Source: Ophelia neglecta (Eukaryota). Taken from it: 64,000 nt of DNA. How positions within the stretch are numbered: position 1 is the first letter of the stretch; every line of letters begins with the position of its first letter. This document shows positions 38,831 to 52,400 of this stretch, in pieces. Under the pieces are notes generated by a model. It did no database searches. It was not told the origin of the DNA and worked only from the letters and a program-made list of their open reading frames with translations. The translations under genes and the position numbers were made by a program. The stretch is from contig OZ260661.1 of NCBI GenBank assembly GCA_965285935.1, positions 100,006,001 through 100,070,000 on the forward strand. Direction: 5' to 3'.

Positions 38831-41800
38831 GGCTGAAGAAAACTGCAGTTTGAGGAACTGAGACCATTTGATTTGGGCCCAGGAGAATAGCTTCCTCTTT
38901 CAGTGATTCATTCGCACAGCTATATGTTTGACATTAGAGTCGTGTGGCTAGTGGATGTGTCTCTGGAATTTCGGGGATGCTAAGGACATGTTATCACATC
39001 TAGTGTATAATTCTAGATGTTAGAGAAAAACGTCAAAGCAGACCTTTAAAGGGGTAATTTATATCTTGTTACAGGGATCGGATGATTTTACCGAGCGCCG
39101 GCCGGTCCTGTTTTCCAGAGCCCGAGCTGATTGACTATTCGGTCACTTGGCTCCAGACTTAAGGGTTGGCACCCTCGTCTTCATCAGCATCGGAGAAAAG
39201 AACAATAAACCTCGCGGGCAGTGGTTGGCCTAATCATAACGATGTGCTTGGTTTCACTTGGGGCAATAAAGAAATACTCTGTACACCGAAACTGATCTTG
39301 GTGGTCAGACTTAATCCTCCATAGCGATGCATGGGACTCGACCTGGGCTTACCCTCTGGACACTAATAAGACTTTTAATCTTAAAGCAATCAGGTTTACC
39401 CCGCCAAGTGTCACCATTGGACGTGAGGATGTGTCTGCTTACGATGTCAGGGCCTCGTCAGGCACGGACACGTCCCCTCGCTTCCTCTTGTCAGAGAACC
39501 ACTGGCCATACACAGGGCTCGGCTTGCCTCCCAATTATGTCCGAGTCGCCAGGAGAAAGGCTTTATTGTGTATTGTCTGTTGTATAGAGTCGACGCTGAT
39601 TAGATGTGGAGGGCCTTGTAAACACGAGGTGGACATTTTACATGGGTTTTGGCAATGGCTATAGGAACTACAAATCTAATGACCAGCGACGGGACTGAAT
39701 ACCCATGTTTGCGTGGCGGTGGTCTATACACAGACGACAGAATAGGCTTTTACAAGTAAATGTTGACAGTGGGTCCCCGGTTGTAAACCCACCTAATGTC
39801 GGATCAGCAGGGTTCTCCAAACACCATTGCTCCGTGTTTGACAAAGATTTGTCAAATTACTCCGACACAAAATAACTGCTTCATAAAGATGTGTACAGGT
39901 AGTTTAATAATCTGGACGCGGACAAGAAGAGCGCATATTGGCCACCCAAATTTACACTTCTATTTCGATATGGTATATATTCTAATTCTATATACAGGCT
40001 AGCGTATCAATTAATTGACTAGCTCTGCCTACGGAATTACATCTTTTGGCCAGTAAGATTACACGATTAGAAATCGGGGGATATAATGCAGGGTATATTG
40101 AGATGTGTAGTAGAAATGACTGACTTGAAAATACAAGTCGCGTCTTTAATTATATCAAAGGCATTAATTTTCCACACGATATAAAACATGGTGGAGGTTT
40201 TTGATATCATATTACCAGATTAATGTATAGGCCCCTTATGCTTGATTCGATAAGAGCATATGATTAAATTAATTTCCTTTTTCCTACACGACTAAGTGCA
40301 TAGGTGAAGTTAAAAAGATGGCCCTGGACATGCATGGCGTGGTGAGTGTTGTGGGCACACGTGGGAACGCTTGGGTGTTCCATTTGAAAGTGTTCACCTG
40401 GACGAATAATTGTAGTATTATAACAGAAAATTCCGTCGCCGCCTTATGTCAAAAGACCAATTGTATCTTCAATTAACCACGGCAATTTCTGCATTAAAAA
40501 CGATTTCTATCATAGCAATCCAGTCGATCTACCGTGAAACCCAATCAGGAAAAGGGATGAGAAACGGGCAGGTGGCAACTTCAGAGAGACCATTTGCATG
40601 CTCAAGAAAGTTTGATAGCATTGTCCGGGTAAATATCAGGCACTCTTTTTCGGTTTTTCATTCAAACGTTGTCGATTTGGTTATCCACCTCATTAGTTTT
40701 ATTCGGTATTAAATCAAAATCTCTCCCTGAAGCATGTCATTTTAGTTCGCCGCCTAGTTGACGTTTGCTTCATATTGAATTATTTTATTAACGATTAAAT
40801 CTTGTCTGTGAGTTTCTTATGCCTAGAATGATGTGGTAGACATAAAGCCAGAACCCTGATAATCGCTTGCAGACGACATTCCAGTAAGGAACCGTCAACT
40901 AGTCACGACATCTGGCGGTTAAAACTTTGATCAGATCGACTCCAAATGAAAACGATTTTGTTTCAGACTAATCATACAGGAATAAACCAACAGTAAAGCA
41001 TATCCGAGCCATGTCGTAAATGTTTTCTTAAACATTAAAATTTAAAAAGACAAAGAATGTAAGGAACAAAACAGTTCCAGCGTGTAGTTATGAGTTGCGA
41101 GATGAGATTAAAAAGTTCCTTCTTCTCAATTAACACTTACAATGATAGGCCGATAAGCTACTTTTGCCTCCGTCACGTTTTTACAAATCCAGCCTATGTA
41201 ACTGTAACATTAATTTGAGAAACTCATTTGTAATCATATTGTTCCGGCTATAAAGACAGCTCCAGACAGTCTGTTTAGGGACGTGCTGGGACCCCCGGCG
41301 ATGGAACAAACTTTTTATGCTCGCCTCTGTTTGTAGTTCGTCGTCTGCCATGAGTGATGCACATGGAATTAATGACTCCACTGTTTCCCTAGAACTATCG
41401 ATCATCGCTCACTCTTTGTGCCATTGTTTGTTTGTTTTCGTTTTTACTTTCACTCACTATTAAATAATTACTTGATGCTATGGATGATCAATTCCGGGAC
41501 TGACTAAACCGTGGGTTGTAGCTGCTACAGTCCGAGATAAAGTTGACTCTCTACAACAGAATACCACGAAAATATGGAGTTGGACAATTTAAGAACACAA
41601 AGAGCTGCGCTTTGTAGCAAAATGAAATATCTCTTTGATTTAAAATTGTTTATAATGTTTTCCACTGGTGGCGCTAGGAACAACCAGACATGCTCTTTAC
41701 TTAACGCTGGATCACGAAAAGAGATTTCTTAAGTATATATATATATAGTATGGTCGATTCAAACAGACTCAACCAATTAGACCAATAAGACTTAGGAATA

Positions 41801-43285
41801 ATGAATGGTGGATTTGTCACGAGCTTTGTTTCATTAAAATGTAATAGCATCACCGTTAATATCACGTTGGGATAGATTAATACCTTGCATGCTTGCCTTT
41901 TCCCAAAATCGATGCCCATTTGCTCTCTCTGCCTGCTGATAGACCACAGAGAGGCGTTATGAGTTACATAATTGTTTATTTTTCATTAGGCACAATTTGG
42001 CAAATGTGCCACCGTGTCGATTCGTCTTTGATAGAACTGTAGCTGTTGCATAATTTGTCACTTAGGCGAATTCATTGTTGAATTTAGTGGAGGTGTGATC
42101 GAAATTCTACGTGTGAGCATGTCCACCTTTATTAGACATTGATGGGAACAATAAATGCGTTGTGAAATTAAGTCTTATTGACGAAATGGTTTCGCAGGGA
42201 ATGCATGTGAAATGTCTTTCTCTCTATATATTATTCAGATATGTATTTATTGAATATGTGTTTCTTGACCAACCGTGTCAATTACACGTCCTTTTTAATA
42301 AGCAAAGTGCCCCCCTTTCGTGAAGTATATTCTTTAATAGTGAAGTTAAGCATAATTAAACTCTTTCATATAAAAATCGCAAATCATGCGTGTGGTATGA
42401 TTATAAATTTTAGGATCTTTGCGCCTTGCTTCGAAATAAATGCTTGATTTTTTACACTTTTATTGCTTCAAATTTATTGAAGGAAAAAACCTAATTATGC
42501 CTAATAATAATAATTCTTGTACAGTTCTATAATAGAAATAATCCCGAAATTCATGCAAGTATGTTAGTGAACCAAGCAGACAATTGAGGGAAGACCGAAT
42601 ATTTTTCTAATTGTTTCTCGTGAAAGGGAAATTGATAATTGTTAACTTTCCCAACATGATGTGTTTTATTAACATTGCGTAATCTATTGACCAAGTATTT
42701 CAAGTTGACAATTAAACTGACAACTTATATAATGATAAGGCATTAATTTTGCGTTATGTTCAGATATGCCAACAACTGTTAATGCATGATTCATCCAACC
42801 CAAGCACTGCCAAACTTTTGCTTGGCACCCGAGACTCCTTTAGTTGCGTTTTTTCGCCAGCAAACATAGTGAGCTTGGTCAAAGTTGTAGACGTATTCTC
42901 CATTAAACATTATATATGCACAAATGTATATAACTATCTATTAAAGGTCATTTAACCCTAGATAACAGAGAAGCTGTGATAATAATTACTTTATTCATCC
43001 TCTATAGAGATCGAGTCATTTTACAAAATAGGAACCAAACATATACTTATAACAGTGTAGCGTTTTTCTATAACCTGATAAATTGGTACACAAGCCATTA
43101 TACTGCAATTGACGCTATATACAATGATGCGCAGTAATATGCGCCTTAAAAAAGAACCGGACCTCGGGATCGAAAAATAGTCCAATAGTTATCAATAATA
43201 AACTTCATTACTTTAAGGAAAACTCAAACAAAAAATTCATTTACACAAATTTAATGAATTAAAGGCCTGTATTGATAATAAAATG

Positions 43286-43430
43286 TATTGTTTATATTAT
43301 TTCAATATGTCTTTTTATTATTATTATCATTATTTTTATTATTTATGATTATCATTATTATTAGTAATATTATTATTACTATTATAATGTTTTTTCTTAT
43401 ATTACTTTTTTCTTATTTGATATTACATAC
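43286..43430 (+). repeat. Degenerate (TTA)n low-complexity tract
   Basis: ttattattattatcattatttttattatttatgattatcattattattagtaatattattattact... Confidence 0.85.
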
Positions 43431-46400
43431 TTTTCTGACATCATCGGCAGATAGGCATTTTCTTAATCACTGTGTAATGCCATGATTATTAACAAATTTT
43501 CTGTACTAAATACATTGTTGAGAAGTTGAATTTGACAGATGCCGACTGCTTTATCCCCAACCCACACCCACTCATCCCCTCCTTTAAGGCGACCATAAGG
43601 GCCAAATAGAGCTAAATCGATCAGAACTGTGTTTTTTTATATCAAAAATACAAGTATTTAGGCCCTACTGGGTGTTTCTGATAAAACCATATCAACAGTT
43701 CTTTTTAATACCTGGGAAATAGAATCATATCATTTGTTGTTTCTTTAAAGTTCTCCTAATTATGTTTAATTGTTACAAAAAAACCTGATCGGCGTGTACT
43801 GTTATAATAATTGATTGGTACCATGAACTTTTATATAGGACTAGTGCACGTATATCCATGGCCAATGACATTTTTATCCTGCAAAACATAGATCCATATA
43901 CATTTTGCAAGCCTAGTTTGATTTTGTTCACGAACATGTGTATAACTTCTCCAATGCGCTAATATGTCAGAGACAGCTTCGAATATAAGTCCAATGTTGA
44001 TTTTGTCACCTCTGTGATTAAAATATCATAAATTAGAAAGAGGGTGATCGATTTGACATTTTATCTTTAGCTAATTGGTCAAGTATAAGATTACGACTAA
44101 ATATTTATAAATCGTGACAGCGGTATAATGACTTGGCTCCAATTCTAAACCACTTATTACCTATGTAGTGACATGTATAAATTCTAAAATTGTCAGGTTT
44201 CCTAAAGTGACTGGGGATGGATAGGTTGGGTCAACACAATTAGAAGCGTTCAAAAGAAACCTTAAACGGTCAACACGGAAACAAAAGGTCACAAGAGTGT
44301 ATCGGTAAATGTTATTCTCAGAAACGTCAACATCATTGGTGAAACATAACTACTTGGTGAGAGTGAATTGTGTAAAATCTGGAATGGATTTTCTCCCCAC
44401 TATGTGATTCCATTAACAAAGGCTTAGTACGGGTCAGTAATTATTGGTCGTAAGTATTTTATCCAATTCGGGTGTCTTATAATATTGCCCAAGGTCCTTA
44501 TATTAATTTAAATGTGTAAATTATAATAATTACGAGGATTACAGAGCAATAGAATCTTCGGTTTTATTTGGAGATGTAGGAGAATTGGCACTGCAGAATA
44601 GATATATAAATTTTAACCACTTAACTTTAATAAAATGAATTCAATCAAAAACATATTAATGTCCAAGTGGGATCATCGAATTTTCTCATTGAATATAAAA
44701 GGTCTACTGAAAGATTCGCCTTGTAACTTAGTTTTTCTGGTGAAATCAGCGTATTGATTCGTTTTTCTTCGAATAAAACAAATGTTTACGTTTTGCTACA
44801 AGGAAGCTCGATCGTTTCACATTAGTGTCCACAGTTAGAGCACATAAACCGAATGGATGGCCAAAGTATGGAATCGCTGGCTGAGTCAATGGTCTTTTTT
44901 AATGCAGGCCTACTGTAGGCATATCTAACGGTTACTAAAAAATACTATATCGAGGAAGTTCAACGTACCTATTACCCCTGTGAGCTCCCATCAAAAGAAA
45001 TGGCCCTCAACACTAAATTGACAATGTTCGCCAAAGCTTTATCATCGTGCTGTAGCGGAATAGGACTATACGGCTGGAAACTGCCCGACTTTTTTCTGTA
45101 CAAACTTTAATAGGATTGTATACAATTTCCGTGCTCTACCGCCAACCAGATGTAAAGTGTTGTCTCGTCGAAGTAGAAAGTAAATTAACTTAGAAGCACG
45201 CGTACAAGTTTGACTTACTATCATAAACACACTGAGTACGGTGTTCTCAAGATCGGGGCTACCATCATATAGGCCTATAAACCTATGTATTCTCTGCGTT
45301 TTATAACAAATATTTTCAGTGTTCACATTCTTCACTGCTTGGACAAATACATTTTGTCTGTTCAGTAGTTTTGAGACAAACAAATTCTCCTACTTTAACC
45401 TATATACTCAGTCGCAACTATACAATCGACACCGTGTTTAGATAAATTTGAAGGCAGCAGTTTATATATTTGGTCACCCAATCAAGGACGCCGCAGATAA
45501 ATATACAATTCATATTATTGTGTGTATGTAACACAATCTAACGTTATAGGCCTATACCGGGCTAATGTGCGTTCAACCTATAAAGTTGAGCTATTATCAC
45601 AAGGAAGTCGTTTGAACGAGTAAATATTGTGAAAAAAAATGTCAATGGTATACTGTGAGTATGATACCCAGGCATTTTTTGTATATGAAGATCTACATCA
45701 TTGTTAATTGTTGTCAATTATTAAGGAATATCTAGCGAAAAAAATATCCCGGTCATGGGTGTAGCCCAGATGAAACTTATGGGTCTAGCAGGCCCGTTGT
45801 GAATTATTTGTGATTAAAATTGAAATAAAGAAAAATATTTATCTTGAAAGCGTTTGCAATCGTTATTGAAAAGACCTGCATTTTGGTTATGAAAAATAAA
45901 GCCAGAAGCAATTTGTCTTCGATTTCGTCTGATTTTTAGGCCATTGATAATCGAGAGGCCAGATGTTGTTAGCGAAATTCAATTTGCAATCTGTTCTCCT
46001 CGCCACAAGGAGATAAAATTTCGACAGCTTTTATAATGGGGGCGAATACCCCTCACGAGCGAGCAGGTTTGCATCTCATTTCTGTCATAACGAAGCGACA
46101 ACACCGCAAAATAAATATTTGAATATCTTCAGCCATGCTCATCAACTGATCTAATAAATGTAAGGTTGTGCAGCGTTATTAAAATCACCAATTAAAACCT
46201 GCTCGAGGCTATCCCAGCCGCTACCCTCTGGGAAATAATACCTCGTTTGCAGCAGCTTGGAAGAGTTGTAATTTCGTCAGATAAATCTCCCTCGATCATG
46301 ATAAATCATTGCTTAATTGTTTTTTTTTTTACGCTGGTGCCTGTTTTGTCCGTGCTACCCATGGCAAGGAGCGCCCGTAGCCAGCTAAAGTTAATTTAAA

Positions 46401-49400
46401 CAAATTAGCGCAAATGCTTATTTTATCCCTTTAATAGGCCTACATCAAGCTGGGAATCTTATTCAGATATATCTGAAATAAAATACGAACTTTTAAAATT
46501 CCATATGTTTATTTGAGTATGAAATTGGGTAAATTAAGAAAAAATTAAATAGGATTTTAGGGAGTTTTCCCAAAACAATCTAGATGATTTTAAGCTACCT
46601 AGGAAAAAATGCGTCAAATTTTATTTAAAGCTCATTGGTTTATTGCCAATAGTAAGGCATATGCAGATTATTATTCATATCCTTCCTCACTGATTTGAAA
46701 AATGGGTTCCCCTAAATGTTGTCACTGTTACAAAATCGATGGGTAAATGGAAGCATCAATGTTCTTAATTATACTGAAACTACGTGGCAAAGGAAATATG
46801 CAAAGCAATGGCACTAGGCCCGACTGCAACGACTCGAGAGCTTTTTGGCCTGTCGGCATGTTCCAACTCGACCAACTTTAGGTTTGTCAAGAATCAACAA
46901 GAGATGTTGACCAGGATTGGTTTCCAGGCAGAAAAAGTGTAACTTGGGACTCTCCAACTCTAATCCTGGCGGTGAAATCCCCAAATCCCTTGGAGCTGAG
47001 GATTTAAGCATTCCAATGCGGTCGAGATTCGACCCTTAGGTTTGGAGATGGGATAATTCCGACTCGGACGGCGAGTTTCTTAGCACTGGCCTGCTAGTCT
47101 GGTAAACACTCTACGCTCGTGAGCTAACACTCAACAATCGGTCAAGAAAAGTGATCAGGAATGGGTGAAACGTTTGTTCAGCCAAACCCAAGCCCAGTCT
47201 TATCCCTGAGTAATCATTGAGACTAAATATTGATAGTCTTCAGGGTGACAGGCCAACATGGCGAAAGAAGAGAAATCGTCTCAATATTTGACAACATTTG
47301 ACAAAATAAACTTAGATGGTGATTTATTGAGGGCAAATAAAGGTATACGGAGAGAAAACTGTGGTTTTGGTCATGCACGACAGAAGAATTACCCTAGATT
47401 TAATCTCGCAGATTATTTGATGAGCATACAATTGAAGTATATAACATACAAGATGGTGTAGATTAGATCTAGAAATATTCTGCTAGTTAAGATAAGTAGT
47501 AGATTGGTCTCTAGTTCTCCTGAATCGAATAGGCAATATGCTCTTGTATCGTTTAAAGCAATTGCATTGACCAAGCCTCCGGTAGAAAAAAGTGTCCTAG
47601 GCTTTCTGCCTGAACACAGTGGTACATGTAGTGCACTTTTAGTGGAAAAGGGACCTTGATTATATCTATTTGAATTAAATATAATTAATCTTCTCGTTTA
47701 TGTAAAACTCGAAAAGGATATGCCTTCATCTGTCATTATCAGACCCATATTTTAGGCCTGACTTTTCATACTTTCAGTGGCGTTACGATCCATAGCTCGG
47801 TGATAGGCTCTGTAGGACAGCCAATGGAACCACATACAAATATAAACTACATGAACTAACGAAAGCAAGGCCATGGATCATTTTAAATTCCCGTTGGTTA
47901 GGCAATATATGAAATTACAGCCCTCTTCACTAACACCTAACAGGGGCTGTAAAAATGGTTTCAGTATAATTCAGATATTGTCCATTTTGACAATAAACCG
48001 CAGTGACTAAGCACTTTCCCGTTACCGTGTTTTGAACTGGTGGGGTCTAAATTGTACAGGAAGGGTGAGAGAGTATGATCTCGTTGCGGTCTCGCCTGCC
48101 CGGACACGTCTTTCCTCCATGAAACCGGATCCCTTATCCTCAAACCATTATCTCTGTACTCGAGTAGCTTTCCGTTTGCGCAAATAAAACTCAATTAAAC
48201 CCTTTGAGTCCATTTTAAACCACAAATTTGCGCCGGACAATACATAAAAAGCTCCATGACTGCACCCAAAACAAGCAAAGGTGTGAGGAGAGCCTGGCTT
48301 CTTCATTTCATTCGGACATGCAGCTTTTTCCTCTACTTTGTACCACACGCACAATGGTCAAGAGCTAGTTGGTCGGCCCACCTTCACCACAAACAAACGG
48401 TTTAGGTTCTGCTCAATTCATTGTATTGACCACTGTCTCAAACCGGGGTAATATTTTTCTGTGAAATACCAATGCAAATACAATGAAATAAGAGACACTT
48501 TCACTGAATGGCAGACGACACAATTATTGCCTTACCACACACTAGGCTTATATGACAAAAAAAAGCATACGACCCCCCACGTTAATGGTTATTAATGGAT
48601 ATGACGGTGGTGATAGGGAGGCGCTGGGCATTTGGGCTTGACACGAACCACCCTCCTCTCCAGCATGGTATCCAAGAAGGGGGGAGGGGTGGGGGGGGGG
48701 GGCTACTGTCACACTCAAGCCCTGTCTCACTGGAGATATAAAACGGTTAAAAAGAGTACATTCGCTCACCCGGAAGGCCTATAAGGTGGCCACAATAGGT
48801 CAAAAGGTACACACACCACCCTCTTTCTCCAGTTAGTCGGGGCCACGTGGGATGTATACAATATACTCACTCCATTCTCTCTCCCCGGGTTAAAGCGAGT
48901 CATGATGTACGCACATCATCCTCTCTCCTGGGCAGGACTAATACGACTCGGGTGTCACAAGGTATACAGGCTAGGCCTATCTATAGCCGAAATATCATAA
49001 GCTGTCTGTAATTTCTGCTTTTGTCTTAAAATGCCTGCAAGCCGCATACGATGGTATTTAAGTTATTTGACACAATGTGACGGTACCTCACTTTCGGTTT
49101 TATTTCAAACCTCACTTGATCAAGTAAAACGAGAATTTTATGGTTTTCATCATACCATTGTAGCAGTTTTGAGATAACATCATTTTAGATGCGGAGTTCC
49201 CAGCAAACAGTGCTTCATACTTCATTCACAGATCCTATTAATAATATAGGGTAGTGATTATATATAGGCGCATTGCTTGCCAAACTCAGTAACTTTTGCT
49301 GAACAATCAAATCAAAACTGGAAAATAAATTGAAAGTTTGCTATTCAGTGGGCTTGATGGTGGTCTGGGAATTTCGAGACATAATAAGTGAAATTACCCC

Positions 49401-52400
49401 CTTTATCGTTTTGTTTGCATAAAAGTTGTCAATTTATTCGCCTGTCTCTATCGTAGATATAGTTAGATATGAAGCGTAACGATATCTGCATTTATATAGG
49501 CCATAATTGTTGTATAAAGATGAGGCCTGCATATGTTGCAGTTAGGCCCATGTGAAAGGTCAATTATAACTAGTGTATCTGAATTCGTTTAAATTGCTTA
49601 TAATATATGCAATTTTGACGAATTCACAATGTTGTATTATGTGGTGCATTTATTGGCCTATATGGGACATAATTTTGAACCCTGCCGAGAATAAGATATT
49701 AAATAGGACTAAGAGGCACATTGTGCTTATTTTCCTCGATCTCTTAGCTACTCAGTCTTACATTTTCGAAATAAAATTAGCTGTTATTAAAGGCAAGGTA
49801 AAGCGGTATTATGAAAACAACGGGAATACTTTCAAACGGAGAGGAGGTATAACTATTTTCAAACCGATTTTTTTTCGGGCAGTGGAAGGTCTGACTGTAT
49901 TGAAATAAACTTGGAACAATTTTTCTCCCAATCAAAATGGGCCTGAATATATCAAGCACTTTTATTAAATATCAGTGGCCGCCCTGACATGGAGATAATT
50001 TGGCAGACGAGACGGGGAAGAGCTGTGTTCGTCACTTCCGGCATCGAACCAACTTATATCTGCTCGTACAAACAGATCCATACCGGACTTGCTGGACTGT
50101 CACCAGGGGGTCTTATTTGTCCAATCATTAATGCATTATCGGACGAAAGGTTTGTAGACACCAAAGATGTTAACAAACGAGTTACAAACCTGCCATTTCT
50201 ATACAGTGAAACTAATATTAGCAAATTGCTACCCGAATTTGTCCGGTCAACACAGTTTTTACCAAAACAAAATCAAGACAATCTCAAGACTTTACAATAG
50301 TTTATCTTTTTATTATAATGCATTTTTGTTTATACATTATAGGTCTAGATATGCCTATAGCAAATAGTAGCATGTCTACTTAAGAAACATCAATCAAACT
50401 GATATAACTTTAAAATATAAAATATAAAGCGATCCTGCCACAAACATCAAATGAAATAAATGTACACATCAAGATTCTTATACTGTACATGTATATTGTC
50501 AGGTATTAAACATGGAAAAATAAATTGTTGACAATTTCAGACGCAGTTGTAAACAGAAACAGCGCTTCGCCAATTTATCTATTTATTTCACATGTTGATA
50601 TTATAATAGCTAACAGGTTCAAAGCAAATTAAATTTACTGAGAAAATAAATACGAGAGTCAGACGAGACTATAAGTGCGCATGCGGAGGACGGTCTGATA
50701 GCCGATGTGTGGTAATGACTTAGCAGAATATTAAAATTTAAGATCTGAATAAAAGATAATCATTAAATAATAAGTAAGATTCATACATACACATACACTA
50801 AAGCACAAAATTAAAAGTAAACCTGTAAATACAATATCAGAATATTAAAAACCAAATATGATTCAATGAACAAATATATATATAAACATAAATATTTAAA
50901 CACATGCATATATACATTCGTAATTTTCCAGATCTTAACAGGTAGGCTCTATACGCCAAATACTTAATTGTGAATGCAGAAGAAACCGGGAACATGCGGG
51001 GTTACTCTAATCAAATGCAATTTAATCTTAACCTGACATGTAGAATATAGGCTCGATGAAACTCTCGGAATCCACGTTAGAAATCTACTTTAAATTTCTA
51101 AAACAATTTTAAACACCCACAAAAGTAACTCCGGAATACCTTGGACTAAATAAAAGACCGATTTCACTTAATATATAAACCAGATCAGTGCTAAACTTAA
51201 GCGCTTTGGACGGGAGTTATGTCAATAAAATACATGCATGTATAAATCATGTATCTTTTTCATTGTCAATAAATAAGTATGCGCCCAAGTCAGTTTTAAT
51301 ATCCCTATCATGCTAATCGAACATAGTTCAGCTGGTTTAACAAACACATACTTGGCAAGGGTATGATGTTTTAGAGACAAAGAAGGAAACTGAATCATTT
51401 CTCATAGGATGACATCACACCCACTCTTGAAATACATTTCTAAAATGTCGTTTGGCACTCGGGAGAAGTTAGTCTGACGGCAATAAAGCAGGGTTTCAGA
51501 AAACTTGCTCTTGTAATACGAAAAAGCGAGAGCAGGTGTCTAGGTAAAAAAGCACGAACAAAGTCTAGCTGGTAAATAAAAATTCTCCTCCAAATTCTTC
51601 CCACACTTTTGCCGAACCATTTCCCTTTATATGTAAAGGTCGTAGAGGTCGGAGATTTGAAAGCCATTAAATCAATGTTTGCTCGTTTAATATTCGTCGA
51701 ATTCACTGGCTGTATTCACGGCGCCATGTAAGACGATAGTTTTATGTAAAAACCTGGTTAGAATTGAAGGGGGTAAGGTCAAGAGAACCTCGGGGACGAA
51801 TTCACTGGCTGTTCAGTAATGGTACGTCATTGCTTGAGGCGGTTTGCCAAATTCACTACAAGTGCTTCTTATAACTTCATAATAATTCATATATAACAAG
51901 GAGGAAAGACATGTTTGTTTATCCCTGTTGCTGAGCAAGATTGGTGAAAAGCGTGATTTGCATGCGGAGAGTCTCGAGTCCCCCCTGCGTCGTCTCGGAA
52001 TGACCCAACCCAACACCTTAAAACGTACCCTCTGCAAATCTCATATCACTTTCGTCTGTTGAATCAATTTAGATGTTTTTAGAAACTTCCAGTAATTAAG
52101 TCATAGATGTTCCAGTAGAGCAATACACAAGTAACTGGTAAAGGGAATTCTATATGGTAGGCCTTCTGGCCCATTTTGTTTTCACATAGGATAAGTATTG
52201 ATTAAGCCAACACCACACCTTTAACAAAAACCTGGATCAGGACATTTTCCTTTCCACTTAAACCGTTCAAAGACTCGATAACTACTTACTGTAATGGTGT
52301 GCAAACTGGGAACTTCAGAGCCGCACAAAGAATACCTTTACAGGGTTCTCGTTAAAGAATTTGAAGCATCTCCAATTATATCGCAAATAATAACAATCAA

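Noticed and set aside
26400-38860. Hammerhead-like CTGANGA cores (26446 minus, 30604 minus, 38833 plus)
   Set aside because: None has stem II followed by GAAA with a matching cleavage arm.
48939-48949. TAATACGACTC, the start of the T7 promoter
   Set aside because: Only 11 nt match, CACTATAG is not completed, and there is no other vector sequence.
51699-51710. GAATTCACTGGC resembles the pUC polylinker/lacZ junction
   Set aside because: Diverges after 12 nt and the flanks are genomic; not contamination.
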